64,000 bases of DNA from Lepidodermella squamata (GCA_047495785.1 JBLDXI010000025.1:620001-684000); one strand, 5' to 3'. Shown: positions 12,899 through 26,777, counted from the first letter of the stretch. The notes: generated from the sequence alone by a model not told the origin. Numbers and translations are program-made.

Positions 12899-14224
12899 AT
12901 GTATCTTTTGATCGCCGTTTTGGGCCTTACAGCTGCTGATGACATTGACATTAGAGAACCGCGAAGCGTCGATCTCCTCAAGAAATGCCCAATACTTTCG
13001 AAACAGACCTATGCACCCAACTGCACAGACGCTGCGACATGCTCACCGATGATGGTCAAGCCAAGCATGAAAATAGCAAGGTTCTACGATATTGATGACG
13101 TTGATGAGTCGTTCAAACTATCTGGCTATCTCAGTCTGCAATGGCAGATATCTTGCGATGGCATATCAGTCAATGATACTTTAACATTCTTCAGCTGGGA
13201 GGACATTCTTTGGCAACCCCACGTGCTCCACAAGAACACCGTTGATGGCAATGGCATGGAGGGCTTCAACAATTATCAATTTGTCAACCAAATTCCCGGC
13301 ACGACTACCTTGCAGTTCATAGCATTCTATATCGGCGTATTCAACTCCATTTGCGATTTGGACCTGCGAATGTTTCCGTTTGATACACAGGATTGCTTCA
13401 TTGAGTTTGCGCTACTCGAAGACCCCTCTTCAGTCTTGTTCTATCAACCCGAAATGGCTGATGTTACTACAATCGATTACGTTGGAGAGGATAGAGAGTG
13501 GAAAATGCTGAGAGGAGCTGCTACGTCAGATCAGTGGCATAATATAAGCGCTGTGGCCAGGTATATCCCGTAGCAACAATTGCAACTTGTTTCATTAATT
13601 ATGCAAATTTTTATAAGAAAACAAGAAACAAGAAACAACTGCATGCAAAAGGTTCGGCATAAAATCCTGTTTCTTGTTTTTTCAAAAAATTTGCATAATT
13701 AATGAAACAAGTTGCAATTATTGCTACGGGTACTTTAGCAATTATTCCCCCTCGTTTGATGAAAATTTCTTTCACTCAGGTTCACTTTCGTGTTCAAACG
13801 AGATCCTACGTACTATATCAACAACCTGATGATCCCTACGTCTCTTTTATCAGGCTTGGGGGTATCCGCTTTTTTACTTGAACCTAATGGGGCTGATAGA
13901 TCGATTTTTGTCGTCACGATCATGTTAGCTCTCATGGTTTCCGCCGATACTGTGCTGAGCTACGTTCCAGTCAAACCGATTCGAATGTTACTGTGCAATT
14001 TCACAAATTTCCTGTCCTTGCTATGCTGGGTCATCACTATTTACGATATGGCGATTTGCCACTTCTTCAAATCTAACAAATTGCTGCTGAAAAAGGAAGT
14101 CAAACTGGCCTTGTGTGGCACTATCACTGTTGGGCGAGTTCTGGATACCATTGTTGGATTCACGGCTGCTCTGGCCTACATTGGCATCAATTGCTACGGC
14201 ATTATTGCAGCTACGACGAATTGA
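12899..14224 (+). CDS. Atypical Cys-loop ligand-gated ion channel subunit 1 (exons 12899-13560, 13780-14224)
   Basis: Signal peptide, loop A WQPH, Cys-loop CDLDLRMFPFDTQDC, pre-M1 KRDP.YY, four TM helices, phase-2 GT-AG intron. Confidence 0.9.
13567..13730. mobile_element. MITE/hairpin element in the LGIC1 intron
   Basis: ~48 bp inverted repeats CCCGTAGCAAyAATTGCAACTTGTTTC... / ...GAAACAAGTTGCAATTATTGCTACGGG. Confidence 0.8.
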
Positions 14225-15530
14225 ATTGGCATGTATAAACCCTAAGTATATGTTATAATTATCTTAATCAACTCCTTTTTCTCAGTAAACATATTTCATA
14301 ATCGCACAATGATTCTCAAGGGATATCTACTCCTAATTTGGATCGTATGCTTTTTCACATGAATAAAACCTTAAGAAGGTGTTATTAAGCATCGTTTCTG
14401 TGTAGCAATACATGTGGCTATGTGGTTCACCCTATTGTGATTGACTGATGATGATTGATGGTACTGTTTGAATGTATGGGTGGAAATAAGAAATGTTCGT
14501 TCTTCTCAAATGATTCAGCTAGTTTCTACCGACGAAGTTCAAGCTCTTCTATTATCAATTAAGCTTTAAGTCCACTTCATGCACACAATTTTTGCGATTT
14601 TTCTCATGTTTCTTTATGTTTCTGAAATTAAAACATGTTGAATGCAAATGCAGATTCATTTCCCTGCTTATGCCTCGCGCGTTTAAAAAAGCCAAGAAAA
14701 ATGTGAATATTTCTGCTAATATATTTGCTATTTCGTTTATCGTAAATTGGAACCCCCGTCCTCGCCAAGGGATAAGTGCAGCTATGAATAATATATTTTT
14801 AATTTAATTTCATATGCTTATAGACTTCGCTGTGTGCTTCGCAGTTCGCAGTAATAGGCTCATGCAGTCAGAAATCACCTGAGATTAATCGCGAATCTCA
14901 CATCTAATAGTGGATCCCAAGAGGTCTATTAATACTCAAACTGATTGAATGGATTTCTAGTTACAAAGCAATGTTCAATTTTAGAAGGCAACCATGCCAA
15001 AAATCATCTTCGTCATTTATTAGATTTTATCCCAATAAGTAAATCATATTTTTGCAGCTCAATCACGCCTTTTCACCTTCTGCAATAAAAGAAGAAACAA
15101 AAAACAATGGCAAACATGCTTTTCCCACTTGTTTTGCAACATATTTTTCAAGTTTTTATTCTGTTGTGCTTAATAATATTGAGACAAACAACTTCTGGCT
15201 GAATCTAGGATCTGGGACTTGGTAGAAAATCGTGCCCCGTTCCTTAGTGATGCATTGAAGATGAGCTCGATCGAACATCGGGCTTAGCTGTAAAAATTTC
15301 GAACCTTTTACCTCGGTATGTTTCCATCGATTGCCCGTACCCGTGCTGCGCTGGAATCATATGATTAATAGTAACCAAGCCTAATTTATCCATGCATCAG
15401 TCGGCCGTAAACTTTAACTCATTAATCATTAATAATGTTTTACATTTCGCAGATTTCGCATAAACCTTGGCTTCAGGTGTGATCATACCATAGATCTTAC
15501 GTCTAAATCGAAAGAAATATTTCTCGCAAG

Positions 15531-16712
15531 ATGTTGCTATTACTATTGATGGCTAAATTCAGTACATCGACTGCGTCTGATCTCAATATCAGAGAGCCAT
15601 TCAGTGTAGAGTTACTTAACAAATGTCCCATGTTTTCGAAGCAGACATATGCACCCAACTGCACGGACGATGCCGATTGTTCAGCGATGCGAGTTAAACC
15701 GAGGCTTCAAGTTGCCAGATTCTACGGAGTCGATGATGTCGGCGAGTCGTTCCGATTGTCAGGTGAACTGACCCTAAAATGGGAAATAACATGCAATAAC
15801 GTGTCAATGGACGATAATCCTGCCTTCTTCAGCTGGGAAACGATTCTATGGCAACCGCATATCGTTCACAAGAACACCGTTGAAGGCAATGGAATGGAGG
15901 GATTTGACAGCTTCCAGTTTGTTGCCAAAGTCCCAAATACAACGACATTTCGATTCACGGCCATGTTTCTCGGCGTGTTCAACTCGATTTGCGATTTGGA
16001 CCTTCGAATGTTCCCATTCGATACACAGCGCTGTTTCATCGAATTCGCCCTGATTGAAGACATCTCTGCTGTGGTCTTCGACCAGGCGGAATTAGCTGAT
16101 CTGGATACGGTTGATTACATTGGAGAGGACAGAGAATGGGACATGCTTAGTGGGAATGCATCATCGGGGCAGTGGCAAAACTTGGTCTCAACAGCTAGGT
16201 AAGCTTCATGTTACTCAGTAGACAGTTTTCGCTTAAGTATGACTGATCACCTTTCGAATAGGTTTAGCTTTGTCGTCAAACGCGATCCAATCTACTACGT
16301 CAATAATCTGATGATTCCAACGTCGCTGCTGTCAGCTCTTTGCATCGCCGCATTTTTCCTGGAACCAAGCAGGCCAGAGAGATCTCTTTTCGTAGTTACC
16401 ATCGTGTTGGCTCTCATGGTATCCGCAGATACTGTTCTTACATATGTCCCGGTCAAGCCTGTTCGATTTCTCTTGTGCAATTTCACTAACTTGCTTTCAC
16501 TTCTTTGTTGGATCATAACTGTCTATGATTTAGCGATATGTTACTTTCTGAGTCCTGAAAAAACTATTCTGAATCGAGAAGTTGACGTAAAGCTAATCGG
16601 GAAGGTAACTATGGGGCGACTCGTAGATTCCGTGGTTGGCTTATCATCTGCTGTAGCTTACGTTTGCATAAATTTGTATGGAATAATGGCAAGTTCTCAA
16701 AATAAACACTAA
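15531..16712 (+). CDS. Atypical Cys-loop ligand-gated ion channel subunit 2 (exons 15531-16198, 16262-16712)
   Basis: Cys-loop CDLDLRMFPFDTQRC, four TM helices, 63 nt intron at the same position as in LGIC1. Confidence 0.9.
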
Positions 16713-17519
16713 ATCAAAACGGTATAAAATACCATGAATTGTGTTGGAGGATTTCATTCATTCAAACCGTCTCGGAGATTACTATTGCATAATGTCGCGA
16801 GGAGAGGTTTCTTAAGTAACAGACGTACCGATTATAGCGATGAAGTATAAGGCAGAACCAAATTAAAGGGCAGTCCCTGTTTATAATGCAGGGTCATTCA
16901 TCTAAAACATAGGGCAGATCCGCATTTTTAACCTTCATTTTCAACCTGCCATTTCAAGTAAGTCAAAGGTTTATTGAGGTATAGGTATAGGTATAGGTTT
17001 ATTTGATGCTCAGGAAAGTAGACGACCATACTCTCATCGTGCTTCAAGTAGTAGGTAGAATTTCGATCGCATGGATGTATCATGCGGGAGTCATAGCAAC
17101 TATCGATTGACTAATCAGCGCGTGCCCAGAAATTCTACTAAAATTATGAAAAGGTGAAAGTGAATAATAACAGGGATCCTGTATTCGCTTTTGGTATTCG
17201 TAACTGGTGGGCAACTTTCAACTGGATAGGGGTGACTTGTCGCTGGTCGCGACTCGTCTTTAGACTGATGACCCGACCCTCTACTTGGTGAAGCGTGAAA
17301 GCAATTTTAGGTGTTCCCGTTCCGGACAAAATCGTCCCGAGTTACTTTGCTCTGATTTGCTTTCCTAGCTCATAGAGTTTGAGCTATTCAAGCTAGAAAC
17401 TGGATCAAGCTTTTAAAATGACTCACGAGTGCATTCTCCTTCATTTTCATTTTCACTTTTAGTTTTACTCGACGTTATTTTGCAGGATTCGCAACAAATA
17501 ATAAGTTAGAGGCTAGTTG

Positions 17520-20051
17520 CTAAATTGCAACGTTCGAACTAACTAAACTAGCAACTAAATCTAGCCTTTCGACTTTCACAGTAACTGGAAGCAGCAAAAC
17601 GAAGCTCATTAGCCCAGAATAGACTAGCTCAATGAAGGCTAACACAGCGTTGAACACGCACGGCTTGTTAGAATGCGTAACCAAGACAAGCACAACAACA
17701 CTGGCGGCTAGCATCGTTAGCGCGTTCACGGCCGCCGCTCTGATTAGCTTGCAACTCAGAGCGAATTCATTAGGCATGGTGCGGCATCTGAGGTCGAGGG
17801 AGAACATGTTCGCCAGTAATACTAGTCCGAAATTGAAGGTTAGAATAGCTCCAAGCCAATAGCTTATATTCTCTGAACTACAAAGCATGACATCCAGCTC
17901 AAAATACGTGTCCGCCACTTCATCGAACGCTATTGGGTTTCGATACAACGATATTCGCATGGGTTCTTTGATGATCCACAGGAGCAGACCGATCACGTTT
18001 ATAGCCAGGGCTACGCTGAGGGCTTGTGACATTTGCAACTCGTTTTTATACTTGTCACTGACGAGAGTAGACATTTTTCTTTGAATGACGATGCCTTTAA
18101 TCTCGTACGTAGCATCACTAGGCCCTACCCTGAATGAACACTTCCACTCGGCGAGATGGTTAATGTAACGAATAGCTCGATTGTAGACACGATACGTTCT
18201 CACCCTAACGAACTTACTGTATACAAAAAGTTGACTGAAAATCAGGCCGTGAAGCATGCTCAAGCCTATTGATATCAAAACCAATCTCCACCTGCACTCA
18301 GTTGCCGGGGAATAATCATGTCCAATGATAAGGAAGATGGCCGATGCATTCAGGCATAAACAGGCAACGAAAACCAAGCTCTTTTTCCAATTTCTGTAGA
18401 AAGTCTCGGGCTTTCCTCGAGTTGCTGCTGAGAGAAGAAGGATCTGAATCAAAGTCACAGATACAGATAAACATGAGACAACGCCGCGCAAAATGCCACC
18501 ACAATATCCGATTCTTATCTCGATGTCAGTTAGATCTCTTGGCGGGAGTTCAGTATTAGTTGCCCAGATGGGCCCGGCATCAAAAGAGTACGAAAAGTAA
18601 TGCTTCTCATAGTCATACTTTAGAACGGCCACTTGTCGAGGTTGCAATTTGTACGCTTGCAAAATTGGTATATCTTGATACATCTCCCCATTGATGTCTC
18701 TCTTGATTCTGGGGTTTCGAAATCCAACCGCTTCGAGTTCCGCTGCACTTTGTCGAACAACTTCATATATCATTCTTTTGTACATCGGATCTTTGAAGTC
18801 AGTCAGTGATAGATTGTAATGGTTTAGCAATGCTTCAGTTTTGTTCAGGACGAGCAGCGTAAACATATTTCCGTCATGCTCACCGTAACGGTCAAGACCT
18901 ATTGGTGAAGTATATCCCAAATCGCGGCGTTTCTCGCTCAGCAAATTGTCGTATTCGTAAGGGCTCATCCCGAGACTGGATTGATTCGGAATATCGGAAG
19001 CCACAATCGGAATGCCGACAGCAAATAGCGCTGATAGTTGAATGTCGACAATTTCTCTGGAACAGTTTTCTGAAATATATTGATTTCGCGGTAAGTTCCA
19101 TGACAAACAAGCTGAAAGCGCGACAATGAAATGGTACAATGGTGGTCTGATACCCAGGTGATATGCCTTGCAAAGAAATATCTGGCACTCCCAAGCCCCG
19201 GACGGGAATACCACGATAATTCTGACATTTTGCAATGGCTGAAGATCAGAGTCTTCGAAATCCCCGAACCAATCAGTCCGCGCGAATTCAGTGACTTCAA
19301 TGTTGCTAGCTGTCAGTAGCCTGAAGGTCTCATCGGCCAGCATTGGGACGTCACTAATGTACAAAGTGTATACCATTCCAACGCGTTTCCAATTGCCAAT
19401 CCGCTTGATGGTTTCGAGAATTGCGTATTTATTCGCGCTAACCGATCCTAGGATGGTATAGAGGTTGTTGTAGAACTTAGACCTTCGAGATTCGATAAAA
19501 GGACCAGCGCAGCTTTGCGAAATCTGATGTTTTCGAAGGGAGGGAAAGGGTAAAAATAAATTATTATTTAATGCAAAAAATTCTGAAAATTCTTTTGGGG
19601 AGAAACCTTAATTTCATATTAGGGTAAGCACATTCTCAGTGGAAGGTAGACGAAGCTAAAGCAAATGAATCAGCCTTCAGATTTCGGGAGCCTAGTAAAC
19701 ATAAAAAACAATTACCATGACCATGCCGATCGCACGAAACGTCCCAGCAGAGCTGCCACAACCTGCCTCTGGACCAGTTACTATGGGTGCCAGGTAGGTG
19801 TCGTTGGGGAGATCCATTTCTGAGAGCAGTCTTGCGAATTTGTTAAGATTTCCTGTCATTGGATAAGGAAGGATTTCGAAATTCGCCAATACAACACCAG
19901 ACTTTTTGACGTATTCTATCAGAGCCACAGGACTGGCGTCTGATATGTTGGCTTTCTGCGTCATTCCAGGCCACAGGAGTCTCGGCTTCGCTGTATAGGC
20001 GGATCGTAAAACAATTAATGCCAATAGGAACTTTTTAAAATGAATGTCCAT
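17520..20051 (-). CDS. GABA-B-like class C GPCR, paralog B (exons 20051-19716, 19523-17520)
   Basis: Full-length similarity to paralog A and the same phase-0 intron (MVM|ISQSCAGP). Confidence 0.87.
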
Positions 20052-20357
20052 GCTAAAATCTCCAACCTGATGTAGATTCAAGGATTTGCAATCTTTAGAC
20101 AAGGTACGTTACAGATAAGTTTGTTTGAACGTGACCAGCATCTCAAAGTTAAGCATCACATGACCTGATATCAAGTAGGCAGCAGCATGCTGTGGACATA
20201 CGTGTCAAACGATTCAACACTACGCAAAATCAGCCTAATCAGGAGCGTTGAGTGGTGCTGCTGTCTCCGTTGCCTGTTGCGCGCTCATACCTAGATGTCT
20301 GAACTTGATTGTTGTCAAGAAGTTTAAATGAAATTAGCTCTAAAATGATATATTAGA

Positions 20358-20663
20358 CCGTGCAGAGAGTTTTTCGAGCTGTGGCAATAGAGAGGTGTAG
20401 AAGATGCTGAGGGGGAGGGGATGCTTTCGACATGAGCAACCCAGGCGTAACCCTTTAACATCTTCGGGCGCGGTATTAAATTTGTTAAAAATTAGGACGT
20501 GGCTCACGCGCAACAGTTAGGTACATCATTTTTTACCAAATTTAATACCGTGCGCAAAGATGTTAAAGGGTTACGCCTGGGTTGCTCATGTCGAAAGCAT
20601 CCCCTCCCCCTCAGCATTTTCTACACCTCTCTATTGCCACAGCTCGAAAAACTCTCTGCACGG
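20358..20663. mobile_element. MITE with ~135 bp terminal inverted repeats
   Basis: CCGTGCAGAGAGTTTTTCGAGCTG... / ...CAGCTCGAAAAACTCTCTGCACGG around a ~35 bp spacer, lying between divergently oriented GPCR B and LGIC3. Confidence 0.85.
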
Positions 20664-21432
20664 CGTCGTTTTATTCGGCGCAATACTCGCGCGAGCATAG
20701 CACTTAATTTGGAAACCGCACTTAATTTCCGAATTTTGTGCGCCCCTTGAGGCTCAACCTACAACCTAGCTTGGCTAAACAAATCTAAACGATTCCGCGT
20801 CCGTTTTCCTAATTAAATATCAATTCCGATAGTAGCGCTTTGGAACATATTCTTTGATTTACATTCCTAACATATTTAATACCTACCCATTGATTTCAAG
20901 GGTGAAGAGGGCCCATGACGGCCGATACGCTTGTGCTGATACAATGCAGTTTTAGAGGGTTTGGTCAGAACTCATTGCCAAATCATTTGCTTAAATATAT
21001 CAACAGCTTTGGCACCATGTCGTTACCACAATATCCATCTTGAGAATATTTTATTACTTCTCTTTCGTGAGAGATGAATATGTTTTTGAAGGTAACCGAA
21101 GGTAAACTCCCGACCTTATTTATTTGTACGCACTCTTTTAGAATAACAGTTCCTAGCTAACATTCTACTCCCGCTGTGAAATCGATAAACTTCATTCGAG
21201 ATATAAGCATGCTCTGGTTGTTCATCAAATCTGACGATTCCTAGCAACTGTGAATTCTAATCTAGAATCAATTAAATGGCATAATCTCATCGGCTTCAGC
21301 TTACAAATTTCCGCTGAATCGATTCAGGCACCTCTGCTTCCAGTAAATGAGCCTTCTACCTCATAAATAGTTGATGCTTTTCGCATTTAGCATTGGTAGA
21401 ACTGCAAAATCACGCATTATTCCGATTTTTAT

Positions 21433-22697
21433 ATGAGACTTTCGCCTTTGCGACAAAAACTAGCACAAATGGCTCAGGCTGTGACACTGGTGTTGCTCTT
21501 AGCTTTTTTGCCTTATTCTTCTGCAAACGACTTGGACATCAGGGAGCCATTCAGCGTGGACTTGTTGAGAAAGTGCCCTATGTTTTCAAAGCAGACTTAC
21601 GCACCGAACTGCACCGACGATTCCAATTGCTCAGCGATGCGAGTCAAACCTAGGCTACAGGTGGCTAGGTTTTACGGGGTTGATGATGTCGAAGAGTCCT
21701 TTCGGTTATCTGGGGAACTAACTCTCAAGTGGGAGATTTCATGCAATAACATATCAATGGACGATAATCCTGCCTTCTTCAGCTGGGAAACGATTCTATG
21801 GCAACCGCATATCGTTCACAAGAACACAGTTGAAGGCAACGGAATGGAGGGATTTGACAGCTTTCAGTTTGTTTCAAAGGTTCCGAATACAACAACATTT
21901 CAATTCACGGCCATGTTTCTTGGCGTGTTCAACTCGATTTGCGATTTGGACCTGCGAATGTTCCCATTCGATACACAGCATTGTTTTGTGGAATTCGCGT
22001 TAGTTGAAGATTACTCTGCGGTATTATTTGAACAAGCCGAACTTGCTGATCTATCCACGGTGGACTACATTGGGGATGACCGGGAGTGGGACCTGATAGA
22101 TGGCAATGCTTCAGCAGGGCAATGGCAAGGCATAGTAGCAACAACTAGGTAGATTTCTTTGAATTCTTTTATTTTCACTATGATGAAACCATAGAGATGA
22201 AACATTTTTGTAGCTAAGTATTCCCGAAAACGTTTGCTGTTTTTGTTGACAGGTTCAATTTTGTTGCCAAACGTGATCCTACCTACTACGTAAATAACTT
22301 GATGGTTCCGACTTCACTGCTATGCGCACTCGGCATTGCCGCTTTTTTCCTCGAGCCTAATGGGCCTGAGAGATCGCTTTTCGTCGTCACAATCGTGCTG
22401 GCTCTCATGGTATCTGCCGATACTGTTCTCACATACGTCCCTGTCAAGCCCATACGACTGATGCTACTGAACTTCACAAACTTACTGTCACTTCTGTGCT
22501 GGCTAATCACAATCTACGACTTGGGGATATTCTACTTTCTCAAACCAGAGAAAAATGCGTTGAAGCGGGAAGTTGACATCGCGCTATTTGGAAAAATTAC
22601 CATCGCACGGCTCTTGGATTCCCTTGTAGGTATCTCAGCCACTTTAGCTTATATCGGAATCAATTTATGGGGAATAACTGTAGGCTCAAGGCATTAG
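21433..22697 (+). CDS. Atypical Cys-loop ligand-gated ion channel subunit 3 (exons 21433 or 21469-22148, 22253-22697)
   Basis: Cys-loop CDLDLRMFPFDTQHC, four TM helices, conserved phase-2 intron. Confidence 0.9.
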
Positions 22698-22811
22698 TTT
22701 GCGCAGAACAGCTTATTCTATATCTGCCTACCTATGTATATCGAAAAACAAAAGTATACTTTCGCTGACATTTTTCTTCGAGTAAAGACACATTTTCTGA
22801 AAATCAGGAAG

Positions 22812-24060
22812 TTATTTCTTTGAAGAAGTTGCCTCCACTGAAGTTGCCTGGCTGCTATTAGATTTGACAAGTTCGAGAATCCAGCTGTGAATTGGAGCGT
22901 GTTGAGTTACTGCAGCTGCTATGGCAAGATACTCCTGAACAGTAGACACTACGAGTTTGAAGCAATTTGAGAAATATCTCAGAGTTGTTTTCTGTTTCAC
23001 AACATCCGGATAGGAAGATTCACATAGGAATTTTATCGTGTGAGCTATCGCAGATTGCATTGCTGCAACTCTTTCATTCTTCCTCGAGGGATCTGAAAAA
23101 GAATGAGGTTAAACTTAAAAATCTGCATAAGGACAGCAAGACTTACCATTGAAGAATGCTAGTGTCATAAGGAGAGCTGCTTCTTGGAAAGACGGGTTCC
23201 ATTCGGCTAAAATCGCTGCCAATTTCTCACAACGCTCGTAAATTGCCTGAAAAGAGCTTTTTAATAAATCTAGATAGATAACAGGGATGATGGATGACCT
23301 GGCAATATCCGAGAACTACTGGGAATTTTTCCAGCAGCAATTTGAAAGCATTATCGGAAAGACCGAAAAATGTCGCGCCTTTAAAGTTTGGTAAGTTAAA
23401 GTAAATCATTTTGACGTTATAGCACCCGATTGTTCTTAGAGCCGTCAGATCGTCGCTGCTTGGACCGTTCGTGCAGTGGTTGAACAGAGCAGCATATGCC
23501 ATGCAAACTTTGATTTGACTTGGGATTATACTTGTTACATGGGCGTACAGCTGCTGCTCGCTGCTCAGAATAGTTTGAACCTGGTCGCCTGTAACTCGAG
23601 TCCATATCATCTGTGAGTAGAAACAGGCTTTTAAGAACTGGAAATTAATCATAATTGAGCTTACGGATTCCAGGCCGAGGAGAGATGGGAAAGCCATCAC
23701 TGAAGTCGTTGCAAGAATTTCAAGATCGATGATGTTTGCAACAACTTTTGAACTGCAAAAAATCTCGCCGTTTTGGCTTTCGACGAGAAATTTACCTGGA
23801 GAAAAATACTTTCCTGAGGTTCGATCTTGGGCTTTGAAAAACATACTTGTCATTCCTGAAGCTCGGCATTTTTCGAATCGGCATTTGTTGCACATTCTGC
23901 TGCCTGCTGCGCCCTGGTGCTTACAGATAAGAAGTTCTTTCTTCCGGCATTGTCGTTGGAAAAACTTCTGACAAGCCATGCAAACTGACGGCTGGCAGTT
24001 AGAACGCCTTGCAACGAATCCCTCACAGATTCTGCATTGCGAGCCCGATTCGCCTCTCAT
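22812..24060 (-). CDS. Divergent nuclear hormone receptor (exons 24060-23299, 23246-23147, 23092-22812)
   Basis: C4 zinc-finger DBD (CRIC...CMACQKFFQR...CNKCRFEKCRASGM). Spliced LBD motif FQEAALLMTLAFFND. AF-2-like WILELV. Two ~52-54 nt GT-AG introns keep the frame. Confidence 0.8.
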
Positions 24061-25329
24061 TATAGCTTGATGAAAACACTATAGGACAACTAAGAGTGTG
24101 CTCACGAATGCATTCGCGTTAATGACGAGTCGCATTGCACTAGGGAAGCGTGTGTTTATGCAGTATGCATCTAACGAAAATCGATACTTGCAAAGCGACG
24201 ACGTCGACAGACTAGATATCGGTTATTATGAGGAGGAAATGGGCGCTTCAAGTTTTACAAGTGACTAAGTAGTTCTTGTGTTACGCCGGGCGTGGGACTC
24301 GATCATGAATTTTATTATTCTTTGAAGCATAGCGTGGGATGCTGGGTTCATTCCTTGGTTCGAAACGCTTTGTTAATCCTATTCTACACTGTATTGAATG
24401 TATTGAAGAAGAGAATCTGCCCAAAAAAAACAAAAAACATCAGTCAAATTGAAGTGAAACTTCGTCATTCAAAGATGCAGCATTTGTAAATCGGTTTTAT
24501 CTGAAGTCGCCGCATTGAGGTTAAGAAGAAGTTAGCAGTACTGTTCTTCCGAGTTACCTACAATGTTACCCAGATACCTAGTCCCATCATAGTCCCAGAT
24601 TACCTTCTTCGCAAGTTTGATCGAAAATGCCTGCAAACGCTAGTAACAAGTGAAAAGAAAAAATGTCGACGAATCAATGATACATAGACCGAAAGCTGAT
24701 CGATTCTCCGCGACAATTGAGGTAAAATTGTCAATTTATTATTTGTGGCGTTTAAAGCATAATCGCCCGATGCCACTTGGGAGTTGAAGAAGCATGCAAC
24801 ATGCAACACCGAACCCGCATCGAGAACGGGGGTTAGAAATTAGCCGCGATTTTCTTTGCAAACTTGACTTGCCTTCGCTGCATCCCTTGCTGCATCTGTT
24901 GCGTGATGTTTTGCGTGATGATTCGAGCGAATGAAGTTGATCTTCTTTACAATCGAATAGGAAATGACTCGATTATTATTTGTAACCTTTTACGTCTCAA
25001 GGCTAGAGGATTTTCACTAGTTTCTTATTTGCTGTCTACTAAATTACTGGCAGTTCAACCTAGAATGAAACATCGCTCTAGATAAGCGAAACAGAGAGAT
25101 CCCCTCCGCCTTGAAAGTTGAAAGCCGCATAAGTTTAAAGCAAGAGGAGACTCCTTCGCATTCGTAATAATTTAGTTTGTTTTTCAAGCTACTTTTCAAG
25201 CTTTTGACGTGTCATTTCACGCTAAGGTGGCACGCATGGCTTCGAAATGTCCATGTAAAGTCAGCATGAAATCACGTCTTTTTCGCGCTGTGAATAGCTA
25301 GGTCGCTTTTCGGCATATACTACTAAAAA

Positions 25330-26100
25330 ATGCATATAATTAAAATGATAAATGTGCTTCTTCTGGTAAAAATCACTGTTAGCTATGCTGCCAAGCCTAA
25401 ACTGCTGTGGCCGGTCCAGGTTGGCGAGCCGGGCACGGAAAATGCAAGTGTTTATGCCCTAGTCGAGTATGTCAACAACACGACAACAATTTTGGCCGAT
25501 TATGAAATCGTTCCGTTTCCAATGATCAACATTTTGGAAAGTGTTAGTAACGTGTATGCGAGGAAGCTGTTTGAAATCGAACTGCCGGAAGGAACCTACT
25601 TGGCGCCCGTTTTAGTGGGGCCTGACGGAGATTGCGACACATCTGCAGGCACTTATCGAGGCTTTTATATGGTTATGGTAAATATTTTTTTTTACATGTC
25701 TCATTATTGTGGGCCCATGTACTTCTATTTGAATTCTCTACAAATTGCCTGATGAATGAACAACCGAACATTTTACCAGATCATTATAAAAACATGCTCT
25801 CTCAGAATTTTGACTTTGAAAATTTTGTTCTCAGTTGATCTCCGGCGGCGCATTATGCCTGAATTTGCGCTCAGTTGCAAGCTAATCAGAGCAGCTGCTG
25901 TGAACGCGCTAACGTTGCTAGCTGCTGGGGTGATTATGCTCGTTTATGCTCGTCGAACAAGCCGTGCGTGCTCAACACAGCGTTGGCTTTCATCGAACTC
26001 GTCTATTCTGCGATAATGAGCTTAGTTTTGCTGCTCCCCCTAACCGTATAGGTTGCAAAATTAGACGCTGCTGCTTGCGTGTGCAATCCCAGTTTGAGCA
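25330..26100 (+). pseudogene. Class C GPCR paralog C, internally deleted and inverted
   Basis: Exon 1 (25330-25677) is intact with its GT donor. The sequence then jumps at ~25825 to the TM5-TM7 region (VDLRRRIMP-EFALSCKLIRAAAVNAL), which carries frameshifts. Most of exon 2 is missing. Confidence 0.85.
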
Positions 26101-26777
26101 CCTGATGTATGATCGGACGCGTCCGCGATCTGGAATTATATTCACGCTTTTAACCTATGAGGTTAAACCAGCGAATCTCAGGATTAGGTCTAAAACGCAT
26201 GTTCTAAAGGTGCTGCAGGCCAGCAGAGGTGATTATCGCTAATAACGAAACAAGCATTATCGGTTCATCAAGTCATTACACAGTTTCAAAACATGGAGAC
26301 CTCGAGGAATAGTATTTGAGCCTAGCGATTTGCGAAATCTTAGGCAGGATTTTGCGGAGTCAAAGTCCAACTACGTGTTGCTCTGATAGTCGATATGATA
26401 GCATCAATGGGATCAATGGGACTTGGCAGCACGCGATTCTATCAATTGATTAATCTAGTATGAAAAAAATCACACCCACCAACCCGACCAGCCCCACTAC
26501 CGCGACCGACCCAGCAACAAGTAGTTGGACTTTGACACTGCATATCCAGACTACAATAAGTACCATTAATGTCAGCATTGAATTGTCTTTCAACTAGAGG
26601 TCTCAGGTTAACCAGGAAACCGAAATAGAAATAAAATGACTGCAACAATAAAATTGTTGATAAATGGGCGGGAACAGGCTATGCATGAAAGCATGAAATC
26701 AAGGCGAATTGATCGACAACTTCATTTAATTCGAATTCCCGTGCACATGATATTATTTAAGAAAGACAAAATCCTAA

